Shown: positions 1 to 12,965, numbered from the stretch's first letter. The stretch: DNA of 64,000 nucleotides from Felis catus (GCF_018350175.1 NC_058368.1:183398001-183462000), one strand, 5' to 3'. Notes: a model not told the origin generated them from the letters alone. Made by a program: numbers and translations.

Positions 1-731
1 ATTTGGGTTAGATCATAGAAGTCTAAACACTGAGACATCTTAGCAGTCTTTTAGGCATATGCAAAAATAAAATGTTCAAAAGTTACAGTGATTTTATCTG
101 TGTAATAAAGAGCTTTCACATGAGTTTATTTAAGGTCTAGGTATAGGATTAGAACTTTATTTCCTCCTCTACTCCATGAAAACATAGGATGTCTTTTCTC
201 CATATGATCTCTCACTTATAGAGGGCAAAAAGTAGACAATGCCATGAAGAATTCAAAGGCATGAGTTCCCAGCTCCAGCTTTCTTAGGGGGCAAAGAGGA
301 TAGCACATAGACTTAACTCATTTATTTATTCATTTGCTCATGAACAATTATAGAACAATCTCTCCTGTGTTCCAGGGATTATTCTCATTCTCTCAAAATA
401 AACACATAAGCTTAAAAAGTAAAAATAAAAAATAAATAAAAAAGAGGTTCTACTAAAATTTATCTGATGTAGACATATTTGTTTAAAATTACTGAATATT
501 TAAAAATTAATTAAAAGATGAGCTTTTCATTTTATAAAATGTATAAATTTGTTTAAAATAATATACTCTATTTTCAAATTTTATTTTTCATAAAAATTTC
601 ATTTACCCAACATTACCATATATAGGTATGTCTCATCCCTGAACATGAAGTTAATACTTTTAGTATATTTTACGAAGCTTAAATTCACAGTTGTTATTAT
701 GTCCTTTATTACAAATCATTAATTCTTTAAA

Positions 732-948
732 TTTTTAAAAATGTTTTAGTATTTATTTTTGAGAGACAGAGACACACAGAGTGGGAACTGGGGAGGGGCG
801 GATAAAGAGGGAGACACAGAATTTGAAGCAGGCTCCAGGCTCTCAGGTGTCAGCACAGAGCCCCACTCGGGGTTCAAACTCACAAACTGCAAGTTCATGA
901 CCTGAGTTGAAATTAGATGCTTAATCAACTGAGCCACCCAGGCACCCC
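732..948 (-). mobile_element. Can-SINE (felid SINEC_Fc type)
   Basis: Reverse complement reads GGGGTGCCTGGGTGGCTCAGTTG head, then CT-rich region and A-rich tail; TSD aaatcattaattctttaaa at 713-731 and 952-970. Confidence 0.95.
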
Positions 949-1471
949 TATAAATCATTAATTCTTTAAATGTGTGTTGCAAGCTATGTAGTAAATATTA
1001 AAATATATTTTGACTTATTAGCCTCAGAATAACTGAATTAACTTATCCTGCAACCTGCATTCTATGTGTAGAATATGTGTTTGATTTCCCTGTATTGCTA
1101 AGTTCATCAAGAAATACATATTGGTAGCATTTTATATGTGTTATTTGTTTGTGATTAAGAAGCTGAAATGTTCCTACTAGTCATTAAAAAAAAAAGGAAA
1201 AAAACAAAAGAAAATTAGTGGTATGTCTTTTGCTGTGTGGCAGGTTTAAGAAAAGCGAATATGGATAGAAACAGGTTAGCGTCAATAAATATGAGCCACC
1301 TTGGGAACAGAAGGGTCTGCTTCCTTCTATATGCATCTTGTCTCGGTTACAAGTTACTACAGGTAATACTGATAAATAAGGTAGCTACTCAAAATGAAAA
1401 CACATGCTGCTTTAAAGAAGTGCTTTGTTTGAAGAAAGAAGGTTAAGCTATGTGATAAAAAATCAGTTTAC

Positions 1472-1690
1472 GGGGCGCCTGGGTGGCTCAGTGGTTAAGC
1501 AGCCGACTTCGGCTCAGGTCATGATCTCGCAGTCAGTGAGTTTGAGCCCCTCGTCGGGCTCTGTGCTGACAGCTCAGAGCCTGGATCCTGTTTCAGATTC
1601 TGTGTCTCCTTCTCTCTGACCCTCCCCCGTTCATGCTCTGTCTCTCTCTGTCTCAAAAATAAATAAACGTTAAGAAAAATTTTAAAAAAA
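1472..1690 (+). mobile_element. Can-SINE (SINEC_Fc, young, CpGs retained)
   Basis: GGGGCGCCTGGGTGGCTCAG head, B-box-like GAGTTTGAGCCCC, CT tract, AATAAA tail; TSD tcagtttac at 1463-1471 and 1692-1700. Confidence 0.95.
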
Positions 1691-2224
1691 GTCAGTTTAC
1701 AATGATATAAAGGTAAAAATTGAAAGCTTTCCTCAAAATTATAAAAAGAAAAAAAAATGATACTGAAAATTTCACAAGTAGTTGAAAAAGATCCTAGGAA
1801 ACTAAAAGCATCTTTCATTTTTATCTCCTTTGGTTGTTATTGGTAGAAAATGAATATATGTATGCCTTTTACTGATTTAATATACATATCTAACATCTAC
1901 ACTGCCTTATATTTTACACCTTTTATGTGAATATAATGTGGGAACTGTAGTTTGAGCTTCCCAGGGAATAAAACATTGAAACAAATCATGGATGCCACTA
2001 CAGCAACTGTAGGTAATGGGTACAGTCACACCTGTCATTTTAGGAGATGTATTAGGGGAATGAACTTCTCCTAGGAAACTGAAGCTCCCTTCCTGGACAG
2101 AATCCTCAGAATTGCTAAATCTGGGGGGAGAAATTCAGCTGTAATTACTACAATGTGGCCTCAAGACAAAGGTGATACCAGGCTTGACTGACTAGGCAAT
2201 GTCTAAAACAAAATGTTTTACCAA

Positions 2225-2315
2225 TCAGTCACTCATTCCTCATCTGTAAAATGGGGATATGAGTACATGCTTTATAGAATTTTTATGAAGATTAAAAGAG
2301 ATATTACATATAGAG
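2225..2315 (+). mobile_element. MIR fragment
   Basis: MIR core cctcatctgtaaaatgggga followed by gaagattaaaagagat. Confidence 0.7.
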
Positions 2316-2651
2316 TTCTAAGCGGTCATTTTTTGTTTCTTGAAATAGAGTCAAATGATTTTTGCTCTTTAAGTATGAAGAGACAGGTTTTGTTATGGAG
2401 AAAAAAAGATTATTTTTGTTTCATTTGAAGGAAAATAAAATATAAAGATAACTGTATTTCTTTCATTAAGTTACCAACACAGCATTCATTATTTACCAGT
2501 TGCTGCTTTAAATATTTTACAAATAAGAATCATTAAATACTCATGACACACCGAAGAAAAAAAGTATATATTTGCTCACATTTTACAGATCAGAAACTGA
2601 ATACAGGCAGTAATCTCTAAGAAGCAAAGCCAGTATGGAAACACAAGTTGG

Positions 2652-2874
2652 GGGGCGCCTGGGTGGTTCAGTCAGTTGAGCAACTGACTTCGGCTCAGGT
2701 CATGATCTCACAGCTCCTGAGTTCGAGCCCCGCGTCAGCCTCTGTGCTGACAGCTTGGAGCCTGGAGCCTGCTTCGGATTCTGTGTCTCCCTCTCTCTCT
2801 GCCCCTAACCCACTTGCATTCTGTCTCTGTCTCTCTCAAAAATAAATAAATATTAAAAAAAAAAAAAAAAAAAA
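2652..2874 (+). mobile_element. Can-SINE (SINEC_Fc type)
   Basis: Full head and body with pure poly-A tail; TSD gaaacacaagttgg at 2638-2651 and 2875-2888. Confidence 0.95.
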
Positions 2875-3467
2875 GAAACACAAGTTGGCTGGCTCCCAGC
2901 ACGTGGAGAGAGCATATGCACTTCTACTCGGTATCTTTTTAGGTACCGCAAAGTTTCAATTTTTACTTGACAAAATTTGTCATTGGAGTATTATATTTCA
3001 CTTATTTATCTTTTTTTTACTTATTTACATCTATAAAAGTACTGCACCAGTCAAGTTTGTCTTTGAATAAGTATACATTCGAAGCAAATATTTAAAGAAA
3101 CATGAAAATATTCCGTTTTCTTTTGAGAAGAAAACAGAGGTCATCAGTTGTCTTATTATTTATAGTGGGGCATATTTTACCCTAAACAGAGTTAAATTTT
3201 CAATTTAAAAACTCACCTTTCAAAAGTATTTTTAAAATAATCATACTGAGCTAACATTTATTATTAAATATTATGTTCTAGGTGTTGTTTTCGTGATTTT
3301 TTAATAACTCATTTTATTTTTAATGCATAAGTAGTACCAATTATTTTTTGGTGTTTGGTTCTGTACGTCTCAAATGAATTTTGGGTAAGTGCAGCAACTG
3401 GATCCTTCCTTTTTACTCAGTTTTATGTTGGACTTTTTCCCCTTGGATTGTATAGATTTAATAGGAT

Positions 3468-3654
3468 GGAGGGAGGGAGGGAGGGAGGGAGGGAGGGAAG
3501 GAAGGAAGGAAGGAAGGAAGGAAGGAAGGAAGGAAGGAAGGAAAGAAGGAAAGAAGGGGAGAGAGAGAGAAGAAAGAAAGAATGAAAGAAAGAAAGAAAA
3601 AGAAAAGAAAGAAAGGAAGAAAGGAAGAAAGGAAGGAAGGAAGGAAGGAAGGAA

Positions 3655-3732
<78 letters not shown>

Positions 3733-3949
3733 AAAAGGAAAGAAAGAAGGAAGGAAGGGGAAGAGGAAAGGAAGAAAAGGGAAAGGAAAGGGAAAGGGAA
3801 AGGGGAAGGGGAAGGGGAAGGGGAAGGGGAAGGGGAAGGGAAAGGAAAGGAAAGGAAAGGAAAGGAAAGGAAAGGAAAGGAAAGGAAAGGAAAGGAAGGA
3901 GAGGGGAGGGGAGGGGAGGGAGGGGGAGGGGAGGGGAGAGGGGGAAAAG
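3468..3949 (+). repeat. Compound polypurine microsatellite (GGAG/GAAG/GAAA/GGGGAA/GGAAA/GGGGA blocks)
   Basis: 482 bp containing only A and G except one T at 3583. Confidence 0.98.
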
Positions 3950-5607
3950 TGCAGTAGAATGCTCAAATGCGCACAGAGTCAGAGCAAGGATGCCATCATG
4001 GCTTTGTCTGTAAACCCTGGTTGCTCGTAAAACCCAGGCTACTGCCTGTAAAACAGTTGACCACACTGACCTCCACTGTACCTATGAAGAGAGTTCTTCT
4101 CAAGATGTAAGCATGGCCTTCTCTTTCTCAGACCTTGTTCCCTCATGACCGGAGAGTCATGATAAACTTGTGCATACATCTAAAATATGGAGAGTGCGAA
4201 AGTGCTGTTGGCTCATTCATCTTACAAACTGTGATGGGAAAGGGTAAAGAAAAATAAGTACACTTTCAACTGTCAATAAACCTACTCAATTGATAATACA
4301 TTGCCAGAGTGTCTAATTTTCTGCAAAAGTTATTTTCTCAATTTTATATTTTTAGTGGTAACATCTGAACTATTTTTTATGGTTTTTAGGTTATAAATAG
4401 CAGTGAACCATTGCTCAAAAGTAGTTTGATAAAGTTATCCACATGATGGCATGAATTCATATGCTCTAAATTACATCACTTGAACTAAAATTATTTTTCC
4501 TCTCATTAATATTAAGTTACAAAAAATGAAATTTCCCATTTGCCATATATTGTATCCAATATGGTTTGTGGAAGATCATTTTCCACAGACTGCCAAAGTA
4601 TCGCACACCTGCACAAAGACTACAACCTTAGTCATAATTAACCTATGGAAAAGAAATGAAATAGACAAGCAATAGTAGTATTGAGGAGATTAAAAGAAAC
4701 ATCCTCTATTGTATTTCTCACAGAATAATAGATTAAAATTCAAATTCCTTCTAGTGACAGATTGTTACAAGAATAAGAAATGGCACAAACAATCCATTTC
4801 AGGACAAAGATTTAACAAAAATAGGAAGGTTAATTATAATTGAATATTCCCTATGGATAGCTCAGAAGATATGTCTTGGTCTATTTCTTATTGACAGGTG
4901 GTAGTGTAAATTAAGTATGGTATTATGCATTCAAATTGGATTTCAACTACTCATCATCCATAGTGTGACATTAGAATTAGCCCTGATGATGACAGTCTAA
5001 AGATCATAATGAGAATAGGTGCCCTTTTCCATTCATATTGCAGATTCACTGGTGGGGAGGGTAGGAGTTAGAGATTAGATTCATAATTTTGTTATAATCT
5101 TTGCTGCCTGAACAATTCATTCCATGAGTCAACTATCCTGAATATTAATACTGTACTGACTATTCTCTGAATTAATGACAGACAAAAGGCCACTTGTCTT
5201 CGATACGTATTGTGCCAAATCTGAAGAAAAAGAAGCATTCAAGGTCCTGTCAATTCTACCATCAATCGCTGTTTATATAAATATGGGAATGTTAGTTTGC
5301 CTTCTAGAACCTCACATTTAGACACACACGGAGCAGCAGTGAGGCACAGTTAAATAACGGACCTAAAAAAAAAGAAAATGGGGAGGCAAGTGAAGGGAAA
5401 AGAATGTAAAGGAAGGGGAGAAAAAGACTTTGTTTCTGATGATGGTCATGTGTGACTTCAGTTGCATGAGTCAAATGGCTTTCATTCAGAGATTGGGCCA
5501 CAGAAATCTGATGTGAAATTCTATGAAGGTATCTATGTGCTTTGGCATGCAAATGTTCAAATTACTCTGTGAGAACTTCTGATGCACAGCTGTCCCCATG
5601 ATCCCAA

Positions 5608-5790
5608 ATACTATTTCTCAACACAAGGGTTGTGGACTACCTGCTTTAGAAAATCACCGAGAGCAGAAGAGAATGCTGGTTGAAAAATGAATATCCTGGA
5701 TCCTACCCTAGTCCTACTAATTCAGAATTTCTACTAGTGAGGCCTGAGAACTTTTGTTTTTTTAACACCATCTGTGAGTCTGAGATACTA
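5608..5790. mobile_element. MER5-like hAT (Charlie) MITE remnant
   Basis: cctaccctagtcctactaattcagaatttct...gaggcctgagaac...ttttaacacc resembles the MER5A consensus. Confidence 0.6.
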
Positions 5791-6102
5791 TAATACTTTA
5801 TAAAGTATTATAAAGCATAAATCTCCAGAACAAGGTTGAAGAATTAGCATTTAGCAATTCAATCATTACAACAATCTCAAGGCCTAGGTAAGAAAGATTA
5901 AGGTAGGAACACCATGTGATGACTTATTTTGGTTGTTTTGCTCATGAAATTAGCATATTATTTCAGTTGTTAAAGAGTATTTTTATTGCGATAGAACAGC
6001 ATTTCCATGCCACAGTCTAATCATATCTCATTCAAATGTTTCTGGTTAGTCATTAAGACTAACAACCAAGATGGATTTTGTTTAATGGTATCCCTATCTC
6101 CT

Positions 6103-6320
6103 GAGGCACCTGGGTGGCTCAGTTGGTTAAGTGACCAACTTTGGCTCAGGTCATGATCTCACTGTTGTGGGTTCGAGCCCCAAGTCGGGCTCTGTGCTGA
6201 ACACTTGCTCAGAGCCTGGAGTCTGCTTCAGATTCTGTGTCTCCTTCTCTCTCTGCCCCTCCCCCAATTGTGTTCTGTCTCACTCTGTCTCTCAGAAATA
6301 AATGAATGTAAGAAAAAAAA
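6103..6320 (+). mobile_element. Can-SINE
   Basis: GAGGCACCTGGGTGGCTCAG head, CT tract, A tail; flanked by tatccctatct on both sides. Confidence 0.95.
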
Positions 6321-7019
6321 TTTGGTTATCCCTATCTACCATGTATGAAGATTAAAGAAAAACAATTGGCAGAAAGCACTAGATATCTGAACACAAATAT
6401 AACATGTAACAAGTAGCTTGAATTTTTTTTTTAAAGTCCATTTTCTTTTAACTTGTCTCCAAACAATTGCCTAAAATTTAAACTGTAAGAAACAGTGATT
6501 ATAACAGCATCTGGTAGAATTTCCATCTCAACAGAGATTTTTTTTAATAACTGCATGTAATTATTCATGACATTTGGGATTATTGAATACAAATAGAAGA
6601 AAGGGAATGAAATGTTAAGCCTTTCTGAGGATAAAAAATATTGTATATCTTTATTATAACTCCTAATTTAATTAATGTATTCTTAACACCATCTGGTCAG
6701 ATTATCTTAAAAGTTAACAAAAGAGATCAATCTGACACTTAACTAATAATAAATCTGAAAGAGTAAACTAATGAAACACTGGTATTATGCCATCATCATA
6801 ACTAGAATAATGCAAAAAAGAAAAACAAAAGAATAGGAAAAAAACATCTCAGTCACTCCATTACTCTTTTAGTACCATCTTCGAGGGATGGAGAGACTAT
6901 CATACTCTCATTCATGACTTTATACATAACAATAATGATGTATGTCAAGAAAAGTGAGATGAATACCCACTCAAAATGCTTTACAGATACCAGGTAGGAA
7001 AGTGTATGTTAATAACACA

Positions 7020-7160
7020 TACCTGGAGCCAAATACTCAAGGTCTCAATATCTTTTCTAGCTGTGAGTCCTTGGTGAGTTGTTTAATCTCTCTGGACCTC
7101 AGACTCTTCATTTTAAAGATAGGATTACCCACATAAAGGATTTAAAAGAGTGATGGATGT
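7020..7160 (+). mobile_element. MIR fragment
   Basis: ctagctgtgagtccttggtgagttgtttaatctctctggacctcag matches the MIR core. Confidence 0.65.
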
Positions 7161-8841
7161 ATAGTCCCTCTTTGTATCTTTGTTTTTCTCTCAGCAAGTG
7201 AAAATCCATGTGGTATTACACAGTCAACGTTTGATTTGCAATATGAAAATTCAGATCCTCCTTATTATATGGGACAAATCACCTCTCTGAAACTCAAAGG
7301 TTTTTTTTTTTTTTGGTTGGAATATAAGATATTATTTATTTTGCAAGCTTATTATTAGGATTACATAAAGTTACCTCTGCTAACGTATCCATCAAATCTC
7401 TGACAAATATTAGGTACCTGATTAGTTTCTTCTTTAAGTCCTAATTCTATATAGAATTCTAGTTATCTCTAGAGGGCAAAGAACACAAATATAGAAAACT
7501 GTAGGTGACTTTGAACTTGTTCTCATAATGACTAAGATCTGATTTGAGGAATATGAAGCCTCTTTTCCTAGTTCAGTATTCTGACATCTGAGATCAGACT
7601 ACATATTTAATTCATATTTTTGGTTACCTCATTCTATTTCTATGATTTTGTTTCAAAGTCCGCTCTAATCTTTAATAACCTTAAATTATGTACATTTGAA
7701 CATATCCCAACAATGGAGGCATTGCAGAGTTCTGAGCAAAGTCCCCCTGAAAAGAGAAGTAACAATCTAACTATCCTTGGGCACTTGAAGATGTAAAGTG
7801 TTTGAAAATGCTAAAGTACCACAATTAGCAACCTCAGTTATTTAGATTTTTGCACCATTCTAAATATTTTCATTTTTAAATATACTGGAAAAGTCCAGAA
7901 AATATCATAGGAATACATTTTTCCTCATTCAGTTAATATTATATCATAAACACAATCTTTCCCAACATAAAGGGAAAATAATACCAGGCAAATGCATTTG
8001 GATAATATGGTGTGCCATGATTAAGAACATGCATTTGTATTTAGCATACGAATGCATCACTCAGGGATCTGTATAAAACAATCAATTCAGTTAGGAAGAG
8101 AGTAAAATGAATATAAAAGCATAATGAAATACAGAAAAATGTGAAAGGAAATGAAGGGAGGAGAAAAACGTTTTACCAGAAAAATGACGTTTTGTTAATA
8201 TGTCTCAAGTTCAGTTTGGTGCACTGAATGCATTAGGTCTAGGTGTTGAATGGGAAGTCTATACATTTTTTCTTTAACACTCATTTATTCCCCATGTTTT
8301 ATAGCACGCAAATGCATGTATCAATTGGCAGAGAAAGGCTAAATGTAAGTTATTTTTGCTGTTTATTCATATGTTAGATTACTTTGTTTATCAACCCATA
8401 CATTAAAATGTAATCATTTCATTGTCAGGAGCCTAAAGCTAATGTTAATTACAGTTTGAAACTTCGATTATTAATGCATCTTTACCTACTGAAGTGTGAA
8501 ATAAGCAATAGTAGTTGGAATTCACCAATTAAATTAGCTTCTGAGACAAGAATTCATAAGTAGGCATTTGTTCATGATGAACAAATGCTGTAGAATTTCA
8601 TGTTATAAGCTCCATTTGTGGAATATTAGTCCCAAGGAGGGAGAAGAATTATTCAGCAAACTGAGATTAAATGACATATGCAACAAATATAATAGATGTC
8701 ATAGTCATGCTGTATCTTTCCTCTTCACGTTTTATATGTCAATCAGAAAAAAAATACATAAACTCAATCCATAAAAGAATGCTTAAGTTTTGTTTTGTTT
8801 TATTTTAAATAGGATGGAAAAATATCTATTTTGTTCATATA

Positions 8842-9201
8842 GTATCCTAATCTGTTCAGTCTACTATAACAGAATACCATAGACTGGGTGGATTACAAAC
8901 AGAAAATTCTCTCTCACAATTCTGGAGGCTGGGAAGTCCAAAGTAAAGGAACCAGGAGATTTGATGACTGGTTAGGCTTGGCTTCCTGGTTTGTAGAGAG
9001 TGTTCTTACTGTGTTCTCACATGGTGAAAGGGGAAAGGGAACTCTCTGGGTCTCTTAATCAGGGCACTAATCACATTCATGACACCTCTACCCTGATGAC
9101 CTAAGCACCTCCCAAAGGCCCCACCTTCTAATACCCCCATTTTAGAGACCGAGATTTGACATATGAATTCTGAGGCAGACACAAACATCTGTTCTACAGC
9201 A
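8842..9201 (-). mobile_element. MaLR solo LTR (MLT1A-like)
   Basis: ctactataacagaataccatagactgggtgg...ctcacaattctggaggctgggaagtcc is the reverse of the MLT1A 3' end; the minus strand starts tgctgtagaacagatgtttgtgtc. Confidence 0.85.
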
Positions 9202-9663
9202 TACAACATTTCCAAAGTCATGTATTATTTGGCAAATGATTGTTTATTTTCTTGTTGCTTTTATTTAATCCTGTAATGCATGTATCTTTGCCCATTCAAC
9301 TGACTCCTATCATTTTCAGGTAAGGCCTTGCTTCCTACTTGTTGGCTAATTGGTTGTGCTTCTCATGGTGCTACATCCATAATAATTAATTTAATTCTAT
9401 CACATGTGAAGGATAATTTTGACTAATATTGATTAAGTGCTTATTACAAGTGTTCCAGCACAATAACCCTGACAGTACTCTTGTCATATATTTGTAATTA
9501 GCAAGGCCATTTTATCAGGAAGAAACTGGGGACACTGAAAGGTTAAGTAACTGGTCTAAAATGCCACAATTGGAGGGACGACTCCAAACTCTATATAATT
9601 TTTTTCTAGAATTTTGTTCCTAATAACATTTTCAAACATAAAACACAATAAAGAATGATGCAT

Positions 9664-9750
9664 TCCCACCCAGGTACTAATCAGGCCCGACCCAGCTTAG
9701 CTCTGAGATCAGATGAGACCCGGCATGTTCAGGGTTGTATGGCAGTAGGC
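9664..9750 (-). pseudogene. 3'-truncated 5S rRNA retropseudogene (about nt 1-88)
   Basis: Reverse complement gcctactgccatacaaccctgaacatgccg...gctaagctgggtcgggcctgattagtacctgggtggga aligns by eye to mammalian 5S rRNA with about 13 mismatches and 1 gap over 88 nt. Confidence 0.93.
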
Positions 9751-10342
9751 AACACTGATAAGCTCTTACAAGGTGGCTAAATGATTTCATATATTTTTAT
9801 AACTTCATATAATTTCTTTAATACTGTTTAAAAAATAAGACTATTACAGATGAAGTCAAAGTCCTCTGTGAACCCCCTTAATCCTTTTATTTTTTTTATT
9901 TAAAAAAATAGCAACCACTCTTAATTATTTATCGCATATATTCCTGATGCCATACTTTTATACTTCAACATGAAATGTATGTCATTTTTTTCCTGTTCAA
10001 AACCTTGATGTAATTCTTGTTATACTCTACTAGAGTAGCAATCAGCAACTTTTTTTCCTTCAAAACATTTTTCTGTATTTAATGTTTTTATATATATTTT
10101 TAGTTTATTATCTCTGCATTAACCTTCACCATATATGTACCATATACGTACCATATATGTTATAATGTAGTGTGGACTACATTATAACAGTTTTTACTAT
10201 GAACTTTCTAGTTTTTGGCACTTATTTATATTTTTCCTGCTTCATTCCTAAAGTGTATTTTATCTGAGGATTCATATATCTCAATTCTGGGCAATTCTCT
10301 GCTATGATCTCTAGATCTATGTATGCAATGCATCTATTCTAC

Positions 10343-10381
<39 letters not shown>

Positions 10382-10395
10382 CTTGTCTCTCTCTT
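10343..10395 (+). repeat. (GTCT)n-(CT)n microsatellite
   Basis: Read directly from the sequence. Confidence 0.9.
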
Positions 10396-11345
10396 ACGTA
10401 AAGTCAGAATTACTTTATAGTTCAACATTTGGACTTTTTACACTTTTGCATCTTTCTTCTCTTCTATTAGAGATTTAAAAAAAAATTCCAAAGAGTAAAA
10501 TCTATAATTTTGCCAGAGATTAAATATGTCTTTTAACTTCTGTTTTCTATTATGGCCCAAAAAGGGTGTAGAGAGGGTCAGGATGTTCTCGCAACATTTT
10601 TGAGTAAGTTGATATGTTGACTGAGTTATTAGTGTTCATTTAAAGAACAAATAAGTGCTGAAATACTTTCCAAGTCAACCACAGGCTCTGACACAATTAC
10701 AGGTATAGTCATATACATATGTGCATAAAAACACATACAGAAGTATATATTTTTTCTCTGAAAGTTTAGAATATTTAAATAGATTAAAATTACACATAAG
10801 ACACACATATCTATATTAAGAGAGAGGGAAGATAACAGATGGATACACATAATCCACACATATATATTATGGGGAAATAAAGATTAGCTACTTGATTATC
10901 TGCAGAATTCTCAACAACAGAGATGTCACTTCCCAACAGTATAACTTTAATAAGTGTATTTGTCATGGCCCTATGGATAGTCTGGATAACTAGAAGAGAC
11001 AAAATGACTGATAAACGGTTTTCTAGGAGAACGGGAATTTACGATATTGAGAAGTAAAATACCTTCCATTAAAACAAACAAACAAACAAACAAACAAACA
11101 ACTTGTGATACGTTTCACTTATGGGCAGTATATAGCAATTAATAAAATATAAAAGGCTGATATTAATTATTTCAGTAACATGAAATGTAATACCATTACT
11201 TTGTATCTATATATGCCATGTTTCCAGCCTATTTTTTCCAGCCCCATTTTATTCAACGAGATGGGATGCATAGGGTATGCAGAAGTCAATCTAGATTGTA
11301 CAAATTATTTCAAAATTTCCAATCTTTATTTTAAATTTTATTTTG

Positions 11346-11560
11346 GGGGCACCTGGGTGGCTCAGTCAGTTAAGCGACCCACTTCATCTCATATATGTTC
11401 TCGGGGTTCGTGAGTTTGAGCCCCGAGTCGAGATTTGTGCTGACAGCTCAGAACCTGTAGCCCATTTTGGATTCTGCGTCTCCCTCTCTCTTTGCCCCTC
11501 CCCCATTCATGCTCTGTCTCTCTCTCTCTCTCCTTCAAAAATAAATAAAATTTTAAAAAT
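11346..11560 (+). mobile_element. Can-SINE
   Basis: GGGGCACCTGGGTGGCTCAG head; TSD attttattttg at 11335-11345 and 11564-11574. Confidence 0.93.
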
Positions 11561-11620
11561 TACATTTTATTTTGTTATCTTGACATTCGAGTATAAGTAA
11601 ATTGCTTTGAATAGACATGT

Positions 11621-11827
11621 TTATTTTATTTTTTTAATGTTGTATTCATTTTATGAGAGAGATAAAGCATGAGAAGGGGAGGGTCAGAGAGAGAGGGAGA
11701 CACAGGATCTGAAGCAGACTCCACTCTGTCAGCGCAGAGCCTGATGTGGGGCTCAAATTCACAGATCATGAGATCATGACCTGAGATATAGTCAGACACT
11801 TAACCAACTGAGCCACCCAGGCATCCT
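11621..11827 (-). mobile_element. Can-SINE
   Basis: Reverse SINE ending gagccacccaggcatcc; TSD gaatagacatgt at 11609-11620 and 11829-11840. Confidence 0.93.
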
Positions 11828-11889
11828 GGAATAGACATGTATTAAAATTTTTTTTTTAAAAAAGCCAAATCATGTCTATACAATTGCAT

Positions 11890-12277
11890 ATTATTTGACA
11901 ATAAAAAAGAATGAAGTATTCATACCTGCTATATCATGAAAGAATCTTGAAAACATTATGTCATGTGAAAGAAGCCAATCACAAAAGACCATAGTTTGTA
12001 TAATTCCATTATATAAAGTGTCTAGAATAAGATAATCTATACAGACAGAAAGTAGAATAGTGGTTGCCTAGGACTTAGCTGTTGGGAACAAATGAAATGT
12101 ACCATTAATGGGTGCCATAGAGTTCTCTTTGTCAGTGATAAAAATGTTCTAAAATGTATTGCAGTTATGGTTGCACCGTTCTGTGAATATATTAAAGACA
12201 ATTTATTTTTACGCTTTTAATAGGTGAATTGTATGGTCTGTGAATCATATATTAATAAAGTTGACCAAAAATAAATA
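11890..12277 (+). mobile_element. Old L1 3' end (L1MB-like)
   Basis: caataaaaaagaatgaagt...gaaagaagccaatcacaaaagacc...gtggttgcctagg...aataaagttg, typical of L1MB 3' UTRs. Confidence 0.8.
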
Positions 12278-12311
12278 GCCAAACTTATGTGTTTAAATAT
12301 GCTGAATCTTA

Positions 12312-12533
12312 GGAGCACCTGGGTGGCTCAGTCGATTAAATGGTCGACTACTCTCAGGTCATGATCTCGCTGTTCGTGAGTTCAGGAACAGCCCTGTGTT
12401 GGTCTCAATACCAATAGCTCAGAGCCTGGAGTCTTGTTTGGATTCTGTGTCTCCCTCTTTCTCTGCTCCTCCCCCAACTTGTGCTCTGTCTCTGTCTCTC
12501 TCAAATATAAATAAACACTAAATATTTTTTAAA
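12312..12533 (+). mobile_element. Can-SINE
   Basis: SINE head and body; TSD taaatatgctgaatctta at 12294-12311 and 12534-12551. Confidence 0.95.
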
Positions 12534-12756
12534 TAAATATGCTGAATCTTAAATATTGTAACATAAAAGGAAAGGATGCTATAGAATTAAACTCATTAAA
12601 TTAAATTACAATATGGATTACATAGGAGTTTCAAATTTATGGCATTGCAAGTCACATTAAAAACCTTCCCATCCCAGTAAGATATGAAAGTAATGACAGT
12701 AAAACAGGGATTCAGGTAAAGAACTCTCCACATTTTATTAAAGAGAGTTCATATTA

Positions 12757-12965
12757 GGGGCTCCTGCGTGAATCAGTCACTTAAGCATCCAACTCCTACT
12801 CAGGTCATGATCTTGCAGTTTTGTGAGTAGGAGCCCCCCCTCTGGCTCTGTACTGACAGCTCAGAGCTTGGGGCCTGCTTCAGCTTCTGTCTCCCAGGTT
12901 CTCTGTCCCTCCCCCATTCACATTCTGTCTCTCTCTTAGTCAACAATAAATAAACATTAAAAAAA
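12757..12965 (+). mobile_element. Can-SINE (diverged)
   Basis: GGGGCTCCTGCGTG head, ctcaggtcatgatct, gacagctcagagc, AATAAA tail. Confidence 0.9.

Noticed and set aside
746..2845. ORFs of the GAWVAQ…SDSVSPSLS type, here and at other SINEs
   Set aside because: They are read-through of Can-SINE sequence, not genes.
3355..4066. Overlapping ORFs of 76-213 aa rich in K/E/R/G or F/L/S/P
   Set aside because: They are translations of the purine microsatellite, which lacks stop codons by composition.
9298..9325. Recursive-splice-like ttttcag|gtaagg with an upstream ctgac
   Set aside because: The pyrimidine tract is short, the site may lie in a decayed repeat, and several AG|GT motifs are expected by chance in 64 kb.
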